Shown here: positions 50,601 through 63,179 of the stretch, one piece after another
How positions within the stretch are numbered: the first letter of the stretch is position 1
Layout of the letters: every line of letters starts with the position of its first letter
Assembly (NCBI GenBank): GCA_949358305.1
Contig: OX442314.1
Coordinates: 868,001 to 932,000, forward strand
Source of the DNA: Strigamia acuminata
Lineage: Eukaryota
Reading direction: 5' to 3'
DNA: 64,000 nt
Translations under genes and position numbers: made by a program
The notes under the pieces: model-generated
Database searches by the model: none
What the model was told of the DNA's origin: nothing
The model's input: the letters and a program-made list of their open reading frames with translations, nothing else

Positions 50601-53600
50601 ACGTGTGGAGTTGTTTTCAGCTTGTTAATCAAATTCAAGACATTTGGATGCACATGCTTCAAGGTGTGAGGTTTGCTTCCATCTTTCGGTTTGATTGTTA
50701 CTGTAAAAGTACCTTCATTGTCTGGCTCAATTTCAATCTCAGTATCTGGTTGATGTCTTACAATTTCCAAAGGTTTCAGATAATCGATATTTATATCAAT
50801 ATTTTCAACATCTGGTTTTTTCTTATTTGGAACATTAATGTTTACCTTCTTCGGATCATCTGAAGGGGTAATTTCAAAAGGCAAATCCTTTTGATTCCTA
50901 ATAGTAATTAACTTATTCAGTAATTCAGGAGTAATATCTGGATAGGTTTTGATATCTTGACCATCACTGACAGTAATTTTGAAATTTGGACCATCTGGAG
51001 CAATGGAAATGGATAACTGAGGAGCTGATTTGATTGTCTGGACAAGTGCCAATTGATTTTTTGGTATTGCAATAATGGGATCAGTTGAAGTCTTTCCAGG
51101 TGAAATTACATGAATAACATCCTTGGGCTTATGTTCTTTTCTGTGTGGTTCTTTATGTCCAGGTTCCTCATGGTGTGGTTCTTTATGTCCAGGTTTTTCT
51201 TTGACAATGTGAATTGGCAATTTTGGATTTTTGGTTATTTTTATCAGAAACTTGATAGCTTCAGGGGATTGGTCTTTCAACTTCTTTGGTTTTCCATTAA
51301 TGAAGACAATAATGTTCAATTTTCCTTTTTTAGAAGGTTCCACCTTGTACTTGATGTTTGACTTTGGATTCTTTTTTATCTCTTTGATCAAATCAGTGAA
51401 CTCAAGGTCTACTGTTATCGGAGTGTTTGTCTCTTCGTCCGTCACAACAAAAGTTGGTTCTTCATGTTTAGGTTCTTCTTTGACAATGTGAATCGGCAAT
51501 TTTGGATTTTTTGTTACTTTTATCAGAAACTTGATAGCTTCAGGGGATTGGTCGTTCAACTTTCTTGGTTTTCCATTAATGTAGACAATAATGTTGGATT
51601 TTCCATTTTTTGAAGGTTCCACCTTGTACTTGATGTTTGACTTTGGATTCTTTTTTATCTCTTTGATCAAATCAGTGAACTCAATGTCTACTTCGATTGA
51701 TGTGTTTGTTTCATCGTCCGACACAATAAAAGTTGTTTGATCTTGTTCTGGTTCCTTATGTTTAGGTTTTTCTTTGGTGACATGAATTGGCATTTTTGGA
51801 TTTTTCGTTACTTTTATCAGAAACGTGATAGCTTCAGGAGATTGGTCTTTCAGCTCTTTTGGTTTCCCATCAATGAAGACAATAATATTGAATTTCCCAT
51901 TTTTGGAAGGTTCAACCTTGAACTTGAAGTTTGACGTCGGATTCTTCTTGATTTCTTCAATCAAATCAGTGAACTCGATGTCTACTTTAATTGGTGTTTG
52001 TGTTTCTTCATCCGACAGAATAAAAGTTGTTTGGCCATTATGCTTGACGGTTTTTGGAATCTTTTGCGATTTAAGAAATTGAACAATAATGTTTAAGAAT
52101 TTAGCCGGTAATGGATATTTTTTTGTTTTGCCATTGTGAGTGATGACAAGCTCCAAACCATTTTTCCCAGTGCCAATTCTCAAGTTATATGATGGATCAC
52201 TTTTAGCCTTCATTATAAATTCTAAAAATTTATCAGAATCTACGGTCCCAACATTGAGGTCGTCAGGTTGCTCTTCAAGAGTAATCGTAAATTGTCCATT
52301 AGCTGCTGGTGAGAGCTTAAATTGCAAATCAGGATTCTTAATTAGTTTAACAAAAACAAAAAGCAAATTTGGATCAATGTGCTTGTATGTTTTAGATCCT
52401 TTCGTCCCTTCATGGATGGTTAACTCATATTTGCCATCAGTTCCTGGTTGAATTTGAATTCTATTTTCTGGATGTTTTCGTACTTGTTTCAGCAATGTCA
52501 AAAACAGTGGTTTTACTGTAAATGTTGTTTGCGCTGCAGTATTGTCAGGAATAAACAAATAAGACTTATCTCCTGATTTGCCTAAAATTTCATACGGCAA
52601 TGAGGGATTCTTAACCAATCGAATAAAAGCATCACCAATTTTAGCTGGCACATCTGAATAGATTTTCTTTTTCCCATTTGAGTCGTCAGTCACAGTTATT
52701 GTGTACGTATCACCTGATGTTGCTATCTGAATTGAATAGCCTCCTTTCCTTATTTTTTCAACGACCTCTAAGAATTCGGGTTTCACCGTAATAATATTTG
52801 ATGGTTTTGGCGGTTCAGGAGAAACAGCAATTTTTACGTTGGAACCTTTTTTTCCTACTTCCGTAATTTGCAAAGTTGGATTCTTGAGTAATTTAACAAA
52901 CAAAGATAAAATGTCTCTAGGTATTTTCTTGTAGGTTTTTGTTCCTTTGTCAGTCGTTAAAGGTACTGTCAACAAGCCATCGTCTTCTGGCTGATATTTG
53001 ATTTTAACTGCTTTAGTTGATTTCCGGACTTGCCTGATCAGTTCAACGAATTGTGGTTTAACGATGTAGTACTCGATCCCTTTTCCAATTGTCCCCGTAT
53101 TGAGGTCGTCAGGTTGATCCACAACAGTCACAGTAAATTCTCCATTAGCAACTGGCGAGACTTTATATTGCAAATTAGGATTTTTAATAAGTTCGACAAA
53201 AGAGAAAAGTAGGTTTGGGTCTATGTGCTTGTACGTTTTGGACTGTTTCTTTCCATCTTCAACGGTCAACTCATATTTACCATCGGTTCCGGGTTGAATT
53301 CTTATATGATTGCTCGGATGATTTCGCACCTGTTTTAGCAATGTCAAAAACAGCGATTTAACTGTTATTTTTGTTTGCTTTCCACTGTAGTTTGGAATAA
53401 ACAATACATCTTCGTCTCCTGATTTGCCTATAACTTGGTACTGTAATGAAGGATCTTTGAGCAATCGAATAAAAGCTTCGCCGGTATTTGCCGGTAAATC
53501 AGCATATGTTTCTTTTTTTCCGCTTGACTTATTAGTCACAGCTATTGTGTACTTGTTGCCTTTAGTTGATATTTGAATTGAATAACCTCCTTTTCTTATT

Positions 53601-54378
53601 CTATTGACTGCATCCAAAAGTTGGGGTTTTATTTTAAAAATATTTGTTGGTTTTGGTGGTTCAGGAGAAACAGCAATTTTAACTTTTGACCCAACTTTTC
53701 CTACTTCTTTGATTTGCAATCTTGGATTTTTAAGTAATTTGGCAAACAAGTCAAACGTGGCTTTTGATATTTTGTCATATGTTTTTGTTCCTTTGTCAGT
53801 GGTTACTGTCAGTTTGTAGAGGCCATCTTGATGTCTTTGAGCATGGACCTTAACCGCTTTAGTTGAGGCTCTAACTTCTTGAAACAGTTGAACAAACTGC
53901 AGATCAACAGTGAAATATTCAACACTTTGACTGGAAGATGATCCACTAGAAGAAGATCCACCAGAAGATGATCCACCAGAAGATGATCCACTCGAAGAAG
54001 ATCCACTGGAAGAAGATCCACTCCAAGACGTTCCACCAGAAGACTTTCCACCAGAAGACGATGAAGTGGAATATGTTCGACTATGAGTTGTGGTTGTTGA
54101 AGGAATTCGATGCTGTACATGGCCTACTACATGGTGCAAAGCCTTATTTACATCATTGAAATGTTTTGGAATCAAGTTGTACGATGATATCAATCCAATA
54201 ACTGAAATAAATGTATGAATCATGATTTATAATTATTTCAAAGTATTTTTCTACTAAGGTTAGAGTGACTACAACGTCAAACAACAAGTTTTCTCTGTTC
54301 CAAACTGAAAAATTTACCTGAAAGCTGCAAGACCACGAACAGCCAAGTATATCTCTCTCTTTGGAGAAACATCTTCAT
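47648..54378 (-). CDS. Large secreted tandem-repeat protein (exons 54378-54318, 54201-47648; ~2200 codons) with one in-frame TAG at 48938-48940
   Basis: TATA ~54424-54431; phase-1 GT-AG intron 54317-54202 builds signal peptide MKMFLQRERYTWLFVVLQLSVIGLISS; the 1761-aa and 409-aa ORFs share a frame and the repeat pattern crosses the stop. Confidence 0.85.
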
Positions 54379-54835
54379 TCGTCTAATCGACTGAAGACTG
54401 AAGTTTCAATGTTTGATTGCGAGCTTATATAGTGAACAAAGGAAAAACAATCAATTGAACATCTGTGGCTAATTGCTTCACATAATAGAAATTAGCTATT
54501 ATTGGCCTAAATACTATCTAACTAAAAACGATTCTAAGCAATTCTTAACACTTGAACCCTTTACTGAAAGTGGTTAGAGGACTTTTAATGTTGAAAACAA
54601 TTGTTATTAGTTTTTGTTTTTCATTCGTGTTGCAGGTTTAATTGAAGTATACCTTTCACCAAGCTGTCAATTGAAGCAAACACCTTTAACGGTGAATAAT
54701 AATTGTGTGATAAATATTTATCAGCTAATAATGAGTTTCTTTGCTGATATTTGAAATTTTCTTTTTATTATTGTGGAAATTAAATAATACTGTAATATCT
54801 TTATATCGTTTTATATCGCTTGTTTAGTTTAAATC

Positions 54836-55538
54836 GGATCACACCTTATTAGCGAAGCCCATTTTAGCGAATTTTAATTTTATAAGACCATTTGAGCGAT
54901 CTCATTTTAGCGAAAATGAGATTACATCAACACAGCATAGGACACATTTTAGCGAAGCCCGTTTTAGCGATTGATTCATTTTAGGAAAATGGCGTCTACT
55001 TGCTGCTCGTCCTGCACGACGCCCGTCGGCGGAGCCCCGGCCATCCTCTCTCTCCCGTCCGCCCGGGACTCGCCCCTCCGTCCGTCGGCGGGAGCCCCGG
55101 CCCTCTCGTCCGCCCGTCGGCGGGAGCCCAGGTCAGTCCGCCCGCCCGCACGACTGCACGTTTTCCGGACTTGACTTTTCCAGAGAGGGTCGATGCAGCA
55201 ACCGGTGGCCCTGCGCCGCGACCGAGCGCCGGTTTCCGTGCTCGAGTGCGGGGGTGGCACGAACCCCAGTCACGAGACGCTCGCCCGGGATGCCGAGCGG
55301 CCCGACAATTGACTTTTTTTCGTTTTTTTCCGATAGTCGGCGGGAGCCTCGGCGCTCTCGTCCGCCCGTCGACGGGAGCCTCGGCTCTCTCGTCCGGCCA
55401 TCCTCTCTCTCTCGTCCGCCCGGGGCTCGATTTCATTTTAGCTCCGCCTAATTTTAGCAATCACACCATTTTAGCGAATTTTTGGTCGCTAAAACGAGAT
55501 AGTCGCTAAAGTGAAATCGCTAAAACAAGGTGCATTCC
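54836..55538. mobile_element. Non-autonomous TIR element with GC-rich core and TTTTAGCGA subterminal repeats
   Basis: GGATCACACCTTATTAGCGA...TCGCTAAAACAAGGTGCATTCC; flanks match an uninterrupted copy at ~57684-57780. Confidence 0.75.
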
Positions 55539-55611
55539 ATTGCATTATCGAATAATATCGCTAGCAATATGGATTAATATCGCCTCGTTGTTATAACCTA
55601 AGGCTGATTGC

Positions 55612-56242
55612 CAGTGTTGCATGCGTTATCGTTACTGTTATGGTAATGCTTTATATTTTGCCGCAAACCTAACGTAACGAAAATTTGTTACTGTTCAAGC
55701 AGTGACGATTCCGTAACTGTAAATTGCATATTTGTAATGTATATCCTAAAAATGGCATTATTTTACCAAAAAAACACAATTGTTTGCCATTTTCGGAGAA
55801 CATATGGCGTTTACTCAAATTCAAATTGCAGAATCATGATCTACGGGTGTTTTATTTAAGAATGAATATAGTTTAAATACAATTGGTCAGTGTAAAAAAA
55901 ATTAATTTTTGAAGATGAACAATTGCAGGCAACGTTTCAACTTTGGGTATATTTGGTTTTATGAAGGTTACAGAGATCAAAATAGGCTTGGTTTAAAGTA
56001 GACTTCAAGCTCTGTGTCGAATGTAGTTTTCAAGATAATTCCGCTATTGGAACCTTATCCGATTTGAACACGTTTTAGCTAAATAACTATAACGATGTGA
56101 CCAGCAATATGGAGTCTCTTGTCATTATTTACGTCAGTATGCGTCCCAAACCAGGATAACCAGTCCCCAGGTTACCTTGGCAAAGACCATACCAGTCACA
56201 ACGGTAACTAGTCATCAATTTGCAGTGAGGCCTGCAACCCTG
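55612..56242. mobile_element. hAT-type MITE
   Basis: TIRs CAGTGTTGCA/TGCAACCCTG; perfect 8-bp TSD CTGATTGC (55604-55611, 56243-56250). Confidence 0.9.
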
Positions 56243-58284
56243 CTGATTGCCACATTCGTAATTATTTTAGAGAAAAACGCTGGCTCGTTGATTATGTTAT
56301 TGACGTTTTGGATGGAGTAATAAAAAAGGAACAAATGGCATTTCTGAACCGTTTGTTGGAGGCATTTAAAGGCTTTCTACATACCGAGATTCTTGTTCTG
56401 CCGTTCAGCAAATTAATGTTTGGATCGAAATGGAAAATAAATGAATATAAAAATCGTACTTTGAAAAACCTTTTGAATTTTTTTGAAAAGTTTAGTTGCA
56501 GTAGGCACAGTCATAAAGTAATTTAAACTTGTCTATATTTTTTCAACCAGTCTGAAAAAATTTAATATGTAAAATTTTACAATTAACTGGTTTATTGTGT
56601 TCGTGCTTTAACCATCCTAACTTCAATCCCATCCTACACTAACCATCCTAACACTAACATGTGCATAAATAATTTTAACCTAGGCACAACAGGAATCAGC
56701 ATGTGTTTACACATTCTTCTTGTTATCTTTATAGAGACAATTCAAATACAGTATATGAGGAACTACATATAATCACGTCTTTAATATACAATTTGGAAGA
56801 TGTGCATTTGAAAAAATCAGTTCAAATTGCAGCAAAACCCGCCCAAGAGGCAATGCAATCGCAGTGAGACTCCGTGACGTACACTGGCAGATATATGGCG
56901 GATTTATTTCATGTGATGCACTACTGCACTCCATCTACACGGGCAAAAAATTATCAATGAGATTATAAGGATGGCAATTTGGAGTTGATAAAGTCGCTAG
57001 AGTAGAGTTTGAGCGCCGTTTCAAACACTTGCTGAGAGCGCTCGATGGCCGACTTCATGTCTTTGTTGCAGTGATCCAGGGCTGGACTGGGAACAAATTT
57101 ATTGCCGGAAAATCTGGGTGTTTAAAAATATTTAATTCCCTCTTAAATTTAACACAAAACAATAAAAAAATATTATTTTTTATATTCAAAGAGTAACTAA
57201 ATTAAAGCATTTCATTCACCATCATGAGTTCGACATTTCTTTACATTATTTTGGATTTGTGCACATTTTTCTAACTTATAGGTGATACTAACAAACAATT
57301 TACCGTATACACTTTTGTATTTAAAAATGTTTTTTTTAGTCAGTGCTCTGTTTTTAAATTTAAAGTGCTTGTGGGCGTTCACGTCCGCGTCGAGCCGCTT
57401 ATTACGTTTTGTCTACGACATATTCTGCAGGATTTCTCAGTATCGCAGTGGGTCACGAGTTTCTGGATAACTGCGCCTGACGAAATATAGAAATGCAATT
57501 ATACGAGCACAAATGGATTTTCTAGCCCATAAATGCACATTTTCTAAAATTGAATTATTTTTTGTTCGAAAATGCATCTATTTTGTTTGAAAAAAATTCA
57601 TTCTCTGCACAATAGTGCATTTTACATCTGAATTTATTTCTCATAAAAATGCTTATATAACCACACTGTGGAAATTAAATAATAATATTTCTTATATCGT
57701 TTTATATCGCTTGTTTAGTTTAAATGCTTTATCGAATAATATCGCCAGCTATATCGAAGAATATCGCCTCATTGTTTTAATATCGAATCACAAACTCTGT
57801 GCTTTGTACAGTACTTGTACTTTGACCAACCCTTCCCAAATATTATTCAGCAGAATAAAACTCAGTAGTTGCTCTATCTTCAATCAACTAGGTTCGACGC
57901 AGCGAACAATGCTGAAGAAAAAAGTGAACTTTGATTGAAAACATCAGTGAGCGAAAATCGTGAGTAGAAGTTTTGCTTTGGAACTGAAATTCGACACCAA
58001 CGGAAGTGCAACAGGAAACCCGACCAAAGTTGTGTTTGTGAGAAAGTGAAACCAAAACCGACCAGTGTAAACGACGAGCACTGCAAAGTAGGACATTTTA
58101 TCACAAAATTTGTATTTTTCCTTTCCAAAATGGCAACCTCAAACTAAAGGCTGGCGTAGATTACTCGGTTGTGATTCGTTACACATTGTGATTTTTCCAT
58201 AAGCGACGGGATAAGATACTGTATGATGTCATAAGTCCGTATGAGTGGTTTCAATTCAACTCGAGTAGCCAAGTTGCCGATAAA

Positions 58285-59120
58285 ATGAACCCAGCAGAAC
58301 TCGAAATCGGACCGTGTTTAATTTCACACAAATTAAACACTCACTCACGTGTCCACGAACACACAGTGGACAGAATAATCGTTCTAAACAAGGATGTGGT
58401 AAACAAATTGGTCGAATTACAATTTTTTAATCCGATTTAATGAAATTGTTTTTGAATTTTCAGTTTATCATTGGTCGCGCTGATTTCGCCAATTTTGTCA
58501 TCAAAAATCCAATCGTATCTCGAATCCACGCTATTTTCACCAGACGTAAGGATGTGTGGCACGTGGCGGATGATTACGTATGTAACAATCGCTAAAACCG
58601 TGATTTTTTATTATTTTCATTTTTTAAATAATTGAAAGAGCATGAATGGAGTTTATGTTAATGAGGTGAAATTAGAAGCGCGCAAAGCCACGAGTCTAAA
58701 AAATGGTGACACGGTTTGTTTTGGCCAGAAAACTGCGAGCCAGGAATTGTTTTTCATTTTCACGTTCAAAAGTGACGGGAGCGGAGAGAGAGAGACAGGT
58801 CCATCTGGCGGCGATAAAATGAAGAAAGAAAACGAGAGATTGGAAAACGAGTTAAAGCGCGTGCAGGGTGAATTAAGCCAGCAGAAGAGAAAAGCCGAGG
58901 AAACGTTGAAACGAATGCTGAAGAGGAAGGAAGTGGAATTCGAAAAGAAAATGGCAAAAAAAAAAATATATTTTTTTTAAATAATTAATAAAAATTAATT
59001 TTGATTAATTTTTAGGCGAAGGAGAAGGAGAAGCGAGAGGAGAAGGTTCTTACTCTGCTGGAATGTAAATCGAAAAGTGGAAGTAGAAGACTAAGACGAA
59101 CAAGAAGACGAAGAAAATGA
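58285..59120 (+). CDS. FHA-domain plus coiled-coil protein (RNF8/CHFR-like N-terminus, no RING), 4 exons
   Basis: FIIGRAD..VSRIHA..W.VADDYSMNGVYVN...LKNGDTVCFG FHA signature over three exons; last intron needs a weak GC donor at 58954. Confidence 0.75.
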
Positions 59121-59621
59121 CTCTTTTGATTCTTATTCGGATTGATAAGATGATGCTTATGTTTAAAAATATTTAATCCTTACTTAAATCTCTAAGCGAA
59201 CATGTTATTTCACGTTATATCGTTATCCGTTACGTCACATAGTGACCGATTTTATTAGTTTTTATGTTCCGTTTTTAGCAACGAGAGCGCGCTGATTGTA
59301 CCGTTTTGCGAGTTGAAAAACAATAACTCGCGTGATGTAAAATCACGATAGACAAGAAGTAAAGTTAATATTTTCATTTTTAACTTGTGACGATTGACTT
59401 TGCGAGATACAATTGCTAGAAAATTAGAGCGAGAACTTGTGTGAAAGTGTAAAATACGGAGGCTTGTGATTTCTCAAATCATATGACAATTTATTTCGGT
59501 TTGAACTTATATAAATACTAGACCGACAAATGGTCGAAATTCTGCAAGTTAAACTATACAATCGGTCGGCAAAGCCCTATAATAATATCACTTGCGGTTT
59601 TCAATCGAACAAATAAGAATA

Positions 59622-60868
59622 TGTAACGGTCTTATTGTTAGGACGTAAAAGATGTCATCTTAGTCTGGACTTTTGTGGTTCCTGGGCTAGTTCTGAAAGG
59701 TGTGTAATGGTTAGGCTTAGGTGAATTATACCCGAGAGGTGCGGTTGACTTTTCTGCAGTCGTCACACTTGTAATTATTATATGGATAATAATTGCAAAG
59801 CGTGGTCATAAACATGACGAAACAATTGGAATAAATATTCATGTAAATTCGATGGAATTCCCCATGATATTATATTCACGAAGCAGGATAAAATAACTGG
59901 AAAAGTAAAGAATAAATTAACATAGCGCCGAGCTATTTTTTGCCCCAAGTGCAATCAACATCAAAATAATAATTAAGATGTTCCATCGTCCAACAGCGAA
60001 TTGAATCAGCAGTCTCTCGTAGGAAAGGTTATCCATTACCGGGAAATTACTCCGCTCGGTTCTGGCTGGCGGGAGAATAACCGGGAAATTACTCCACGTC
60101 GATTACCCAAATAATGCTTCTGTGAATTTTACTCCACTCTAGATTCTACATTCTACAACGGGATGTTGGCATGAAGCGGGGGGAGTGTGTCTGTGGGTTG
60201 TACCCCACTCTAGAATCTACACTTAAATGCAAGTAAACTTACGATTTCTACAACGGAATGTTGGCATGAAGAGGCGGGCAGTGTGTCTGTGAGTCTTCTA
60301 CTCACTCTAGATGCTTACACTAAATAACTGGTATTCTACAACGGACTGTTGGATCGACGTGAAGTATAATTAGCGCTCAAGTAACAAGTAACAAACAGAA
60401 AAACAGGACAAGAGCGAGATATTTCCGGTTTACACGGAATATATACTCGTACTGGACAATAGGATAATCATTGATCCAATGGGATCACGGGTCACCTAAA
60501 TCCTTCCAATCCTAGGCTCTAGGAAGTGGATAGCCAGGACATAGTCTTCTACTAGGTCCGTCCTAAGAACTGGATACATTTCGGATTAAGTCCTTGACTA
60601 TAATCCGTAATGGGATTCTATTCGCAGGTGTGAAGTTTATACATAATTCAATAGAATTATGTAGTAAACCAAATAAGACAACATTTAAAACATATTAACA
60701 TGTTTAATAACTATAAACTAAAGTGAATTCAATATATAAATAATAATTTATATATTAAATTACTTAAAAATGATCGAAGTTAAAATTGCCGCTAAAACAT
60801 GAGAACGCCATCTATTGACGAAATAATCGTCTTTAACTAGCAAAGTGTATGACAGTGTAACCGTCACA
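59622..60868 (-). repeat. Putative 3' LTR (~1247 bp) of a second LTR retrotransposon
   Basis: Minus strand reads PPT AAGGGGGACT then TGTGACGG...CCGTTACA (7/8 terminal inverted repeat); partner LTR not in window. Confidence 0.7.
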
Positions 60869-61472
60869 AGTCCCCCTTAAATATATGTCAATACTTGTAT
60901 TTACATACTATTTACTGATATACCTGGAGATTTACGGTTTATACTGGCATCAATCGTATCTGGAATTCCGCCTTTGGTAAGTAAATTCGATTTATAGACA
61001 TAGTCGTATAAATAAATTTCAAACTTAATCAAAATGCTTCAAAAAACTATTTATTAGAGTTATCGAATAACTTTTATAAAATAAACACTGATTTCTTTTC
61101 CATTACAGGTGGACTTACAACTGCTTCAGAAGAGAAATATACTCAAAACTTAAGAATAACATCAAAATTTTGTAATAATAGGTTAATAAAAGACTTAACT
61201 TTTTTAGATTCACAATAAATAACTTTGACTGGAAAACGAAATTATTGCAAAGATAAACACATTATAAATTTTACAAAACAACGATTACTAAAATTAGTAT
61301 TCTGTAACACTAAACACTAGACTCAAAAAAATGTTATAAAATGTTATAAAATTCTCATGGTTATAAACACAACATCCGCTCAAACTTTGTATGAAAATAC
61401 CGAGATAGATTCGTTACTTCTGTTCGAAGAGGCATGGAGAAAGTAACTGATCCCCATATCTGAACATTACTT

Positions 61473-63179
61473 TTAATCCAACTCGGTGTCTTCCGCAAAT
61501 TCCTTGACTACGGATGCGAAAACGGCAGGGGAGGTAGATGCAGCAATGGAAACTATTGTTTCAAGTGCAGTTTCCATCAGGACTTCTGGAGTGACCTCAG
61601 CAACCACGTCCGTGATTACTTCATCCACTATTGCGGGAAGAACTTCGGCAACCATCGTCGGAACGACTTCTGAGGCGATATTAACCCCGGTCGGAGGAAT
61701 ATCTACCTGAATCGGTGGGGTGGCTGCATCCTGACCAGGTGGGGATGCCATAAGAGCATCACGCACGACGACGGGTTGCTCTGAAAAGAGCAAATGGTGG
61801 TCGGGTAAACCCGAATGCCAATTGTTGTCAATTGCCGGACATTCAGCTGAAATTTGGTTCAGGAGCCGACACCACACAAATGAGCGCATTTGAAACGACT
61901 CAACTCGACTCGGATGAAAAATCCATTGCATGATCGCTAAGGGTATCGAGTAATCTGGGGTGGAGCCATTTTTTAGTGCCAGACAAACTCGTTTTGCTGA
62001 TTCCAATAAACCGGGAAAATGGTGGTTAACCTCCGCCTTTGCTTTTTCGATCCCTACCAAGTTGGTTGGTGGCATGAACGGTGATATCATAAGAATGACC
62101 GGCTCTGGCGTAGGAGTGCAGGGGCGCGGAGGCGACACATCGAAATTTGGATCATACACAATATCGGTGCTCGGGGGCTCACTGGACATGGTACAGGAAT
62201 CCAAGTTCAAATTATCCCAAGCTGAAACTTGAGGTGGCGAGGAAGTCGACGGCTCGTCTTTGACCAAACAGGAATCCGATAGGATTTTTACTTGGGTCGT
62301 GCATCTCTGAGGTGCTACAACCCCTCCATGGGGTGTATTCTCCCTCGACATGGTAGCCGGATCCTCGTGTATTGCGATTTCTGGCCCCTTATGGATTAAA
62401 CCGCAATTACGACAAGTTGCCCAGTTTCGCGCAGTTGGAGTTGTGAGACCTTTAACTACATATGGTTCTATGTCTACATTCCATAACTTGTTTAATGGTA
62501 AGCGTTTCGACCCGTGACAATTTACGCATACGACTGCATGCACACCACTCATCAATGAAGAGAGCCACCCGCAACCTGAACATAAAGGGCAGAACCCAGT
62601 TTTCGAATTCGGAGGAATCAGAGTTCCTAAGGCGGCGGTATCCAGATCTTTGAATACAATCTCCTTACGGGCTTTCCTATACAAGGGTAAATTCATCTCA
62701 CTTATGGATTGGGAACCTCCTCGTGTGAGAGCTTCGGCGGACGAGTTGATGGTGGAACCCGTTTGCTTAACAATGGCCTGACTACTCTGGTTAGGACGTT
62801 GTTGCTTGCCCTTATTCGTTTGACGTCCTTGAGGTCGTTGAGATGCATTTCCTTGTTGGAAGCTGTCTCGACGGTCCTGGCGAGAGTTAGACCGAGATCG
62901 TTGTATTTCGTCTGACTGATCCCAGGTTTGATCGTCCGAATGAACGTACGCGACTGTTCGTCGATTTCGACCAGGGTTTCTGGGAGCTGGGGCTTGGACG
63001 TCAATTCCCATGGCATTGAGGATTTCCGGAGGTACAACTCCTGGATTATCACGTGCCCAGTTTGCCACAATTTCGGGATTTGAGGAAGTGTTGACGAAAC
63101 GGTAATCAGTTTCCTCCTCTTCTTCGTCAGTATCCCAGTGTACATATTGGCGTTTGGGTGCCTTTCCTTTCCGACTCAT
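61473..63179 (-). CDS. 568-aa unknown protein with CxxC pairs; probable accessory ORF of element 2
   Basis: Intronless ATG ORF; acceptor TTTAATATAACAG 5 nt upstream of ATG; CPLCSGCG...CVNCHGS...CRNCGLIH. Confidence 0.75.
   Translation of the reverse strand: MSRKGKAPKRQYVHWDTDEEEEETDYRFVNTSSNPEIVANWARDNPGVVPPEILNAMGIDVQAPAPRNPGRNRRTVAYVHSDDQTWDQSDEIQRSRSNSRQDRRDSFQQGNASQRPQGRQTNKGKQQRPNQSSQAIVKQTGSTINSSAEALTRGGSQSISEMNLPLYRKARKEIVFKDLDTAALGTLIPPNSKTGFCPLCSGCGWLSSLMSGVHAVVCVNCHGSKRLPLNKLWNVDIEPYVVKGLTTPTARNWATCRNCGLIHKGPEIAIHEDPATMSRENTPHGGVVAPQRCTTQVKILSDSCLVKDEPSTSSPPQVSAWDNLNLDSCTMSSEPPSTDIVYDPNFDVSPPRPCTPTPEPVILMISPFMPPTNLVGIEKAKAEVNHHFPGLLESAKRVCLALKNGSTPDYSIPLAIMQWIFHPSRVESFQMRSFVWCRLLNQISAECPAIDNNWHSGLPDHHLLFSEQPVVVRDALMASPPGQDAATPPIQVDIPPTGVNIASEVVPTMVAEVLPAIVDEVITDVVAEVTPEVLMETALETIVSIAASTSPAVFASVVKEFAEDTELD

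Noticed and set aside
54971..55509. GC-rich ORFs on both strands
   Set aside because: Lie in the repetitive core of a TIR element; no protein motifs
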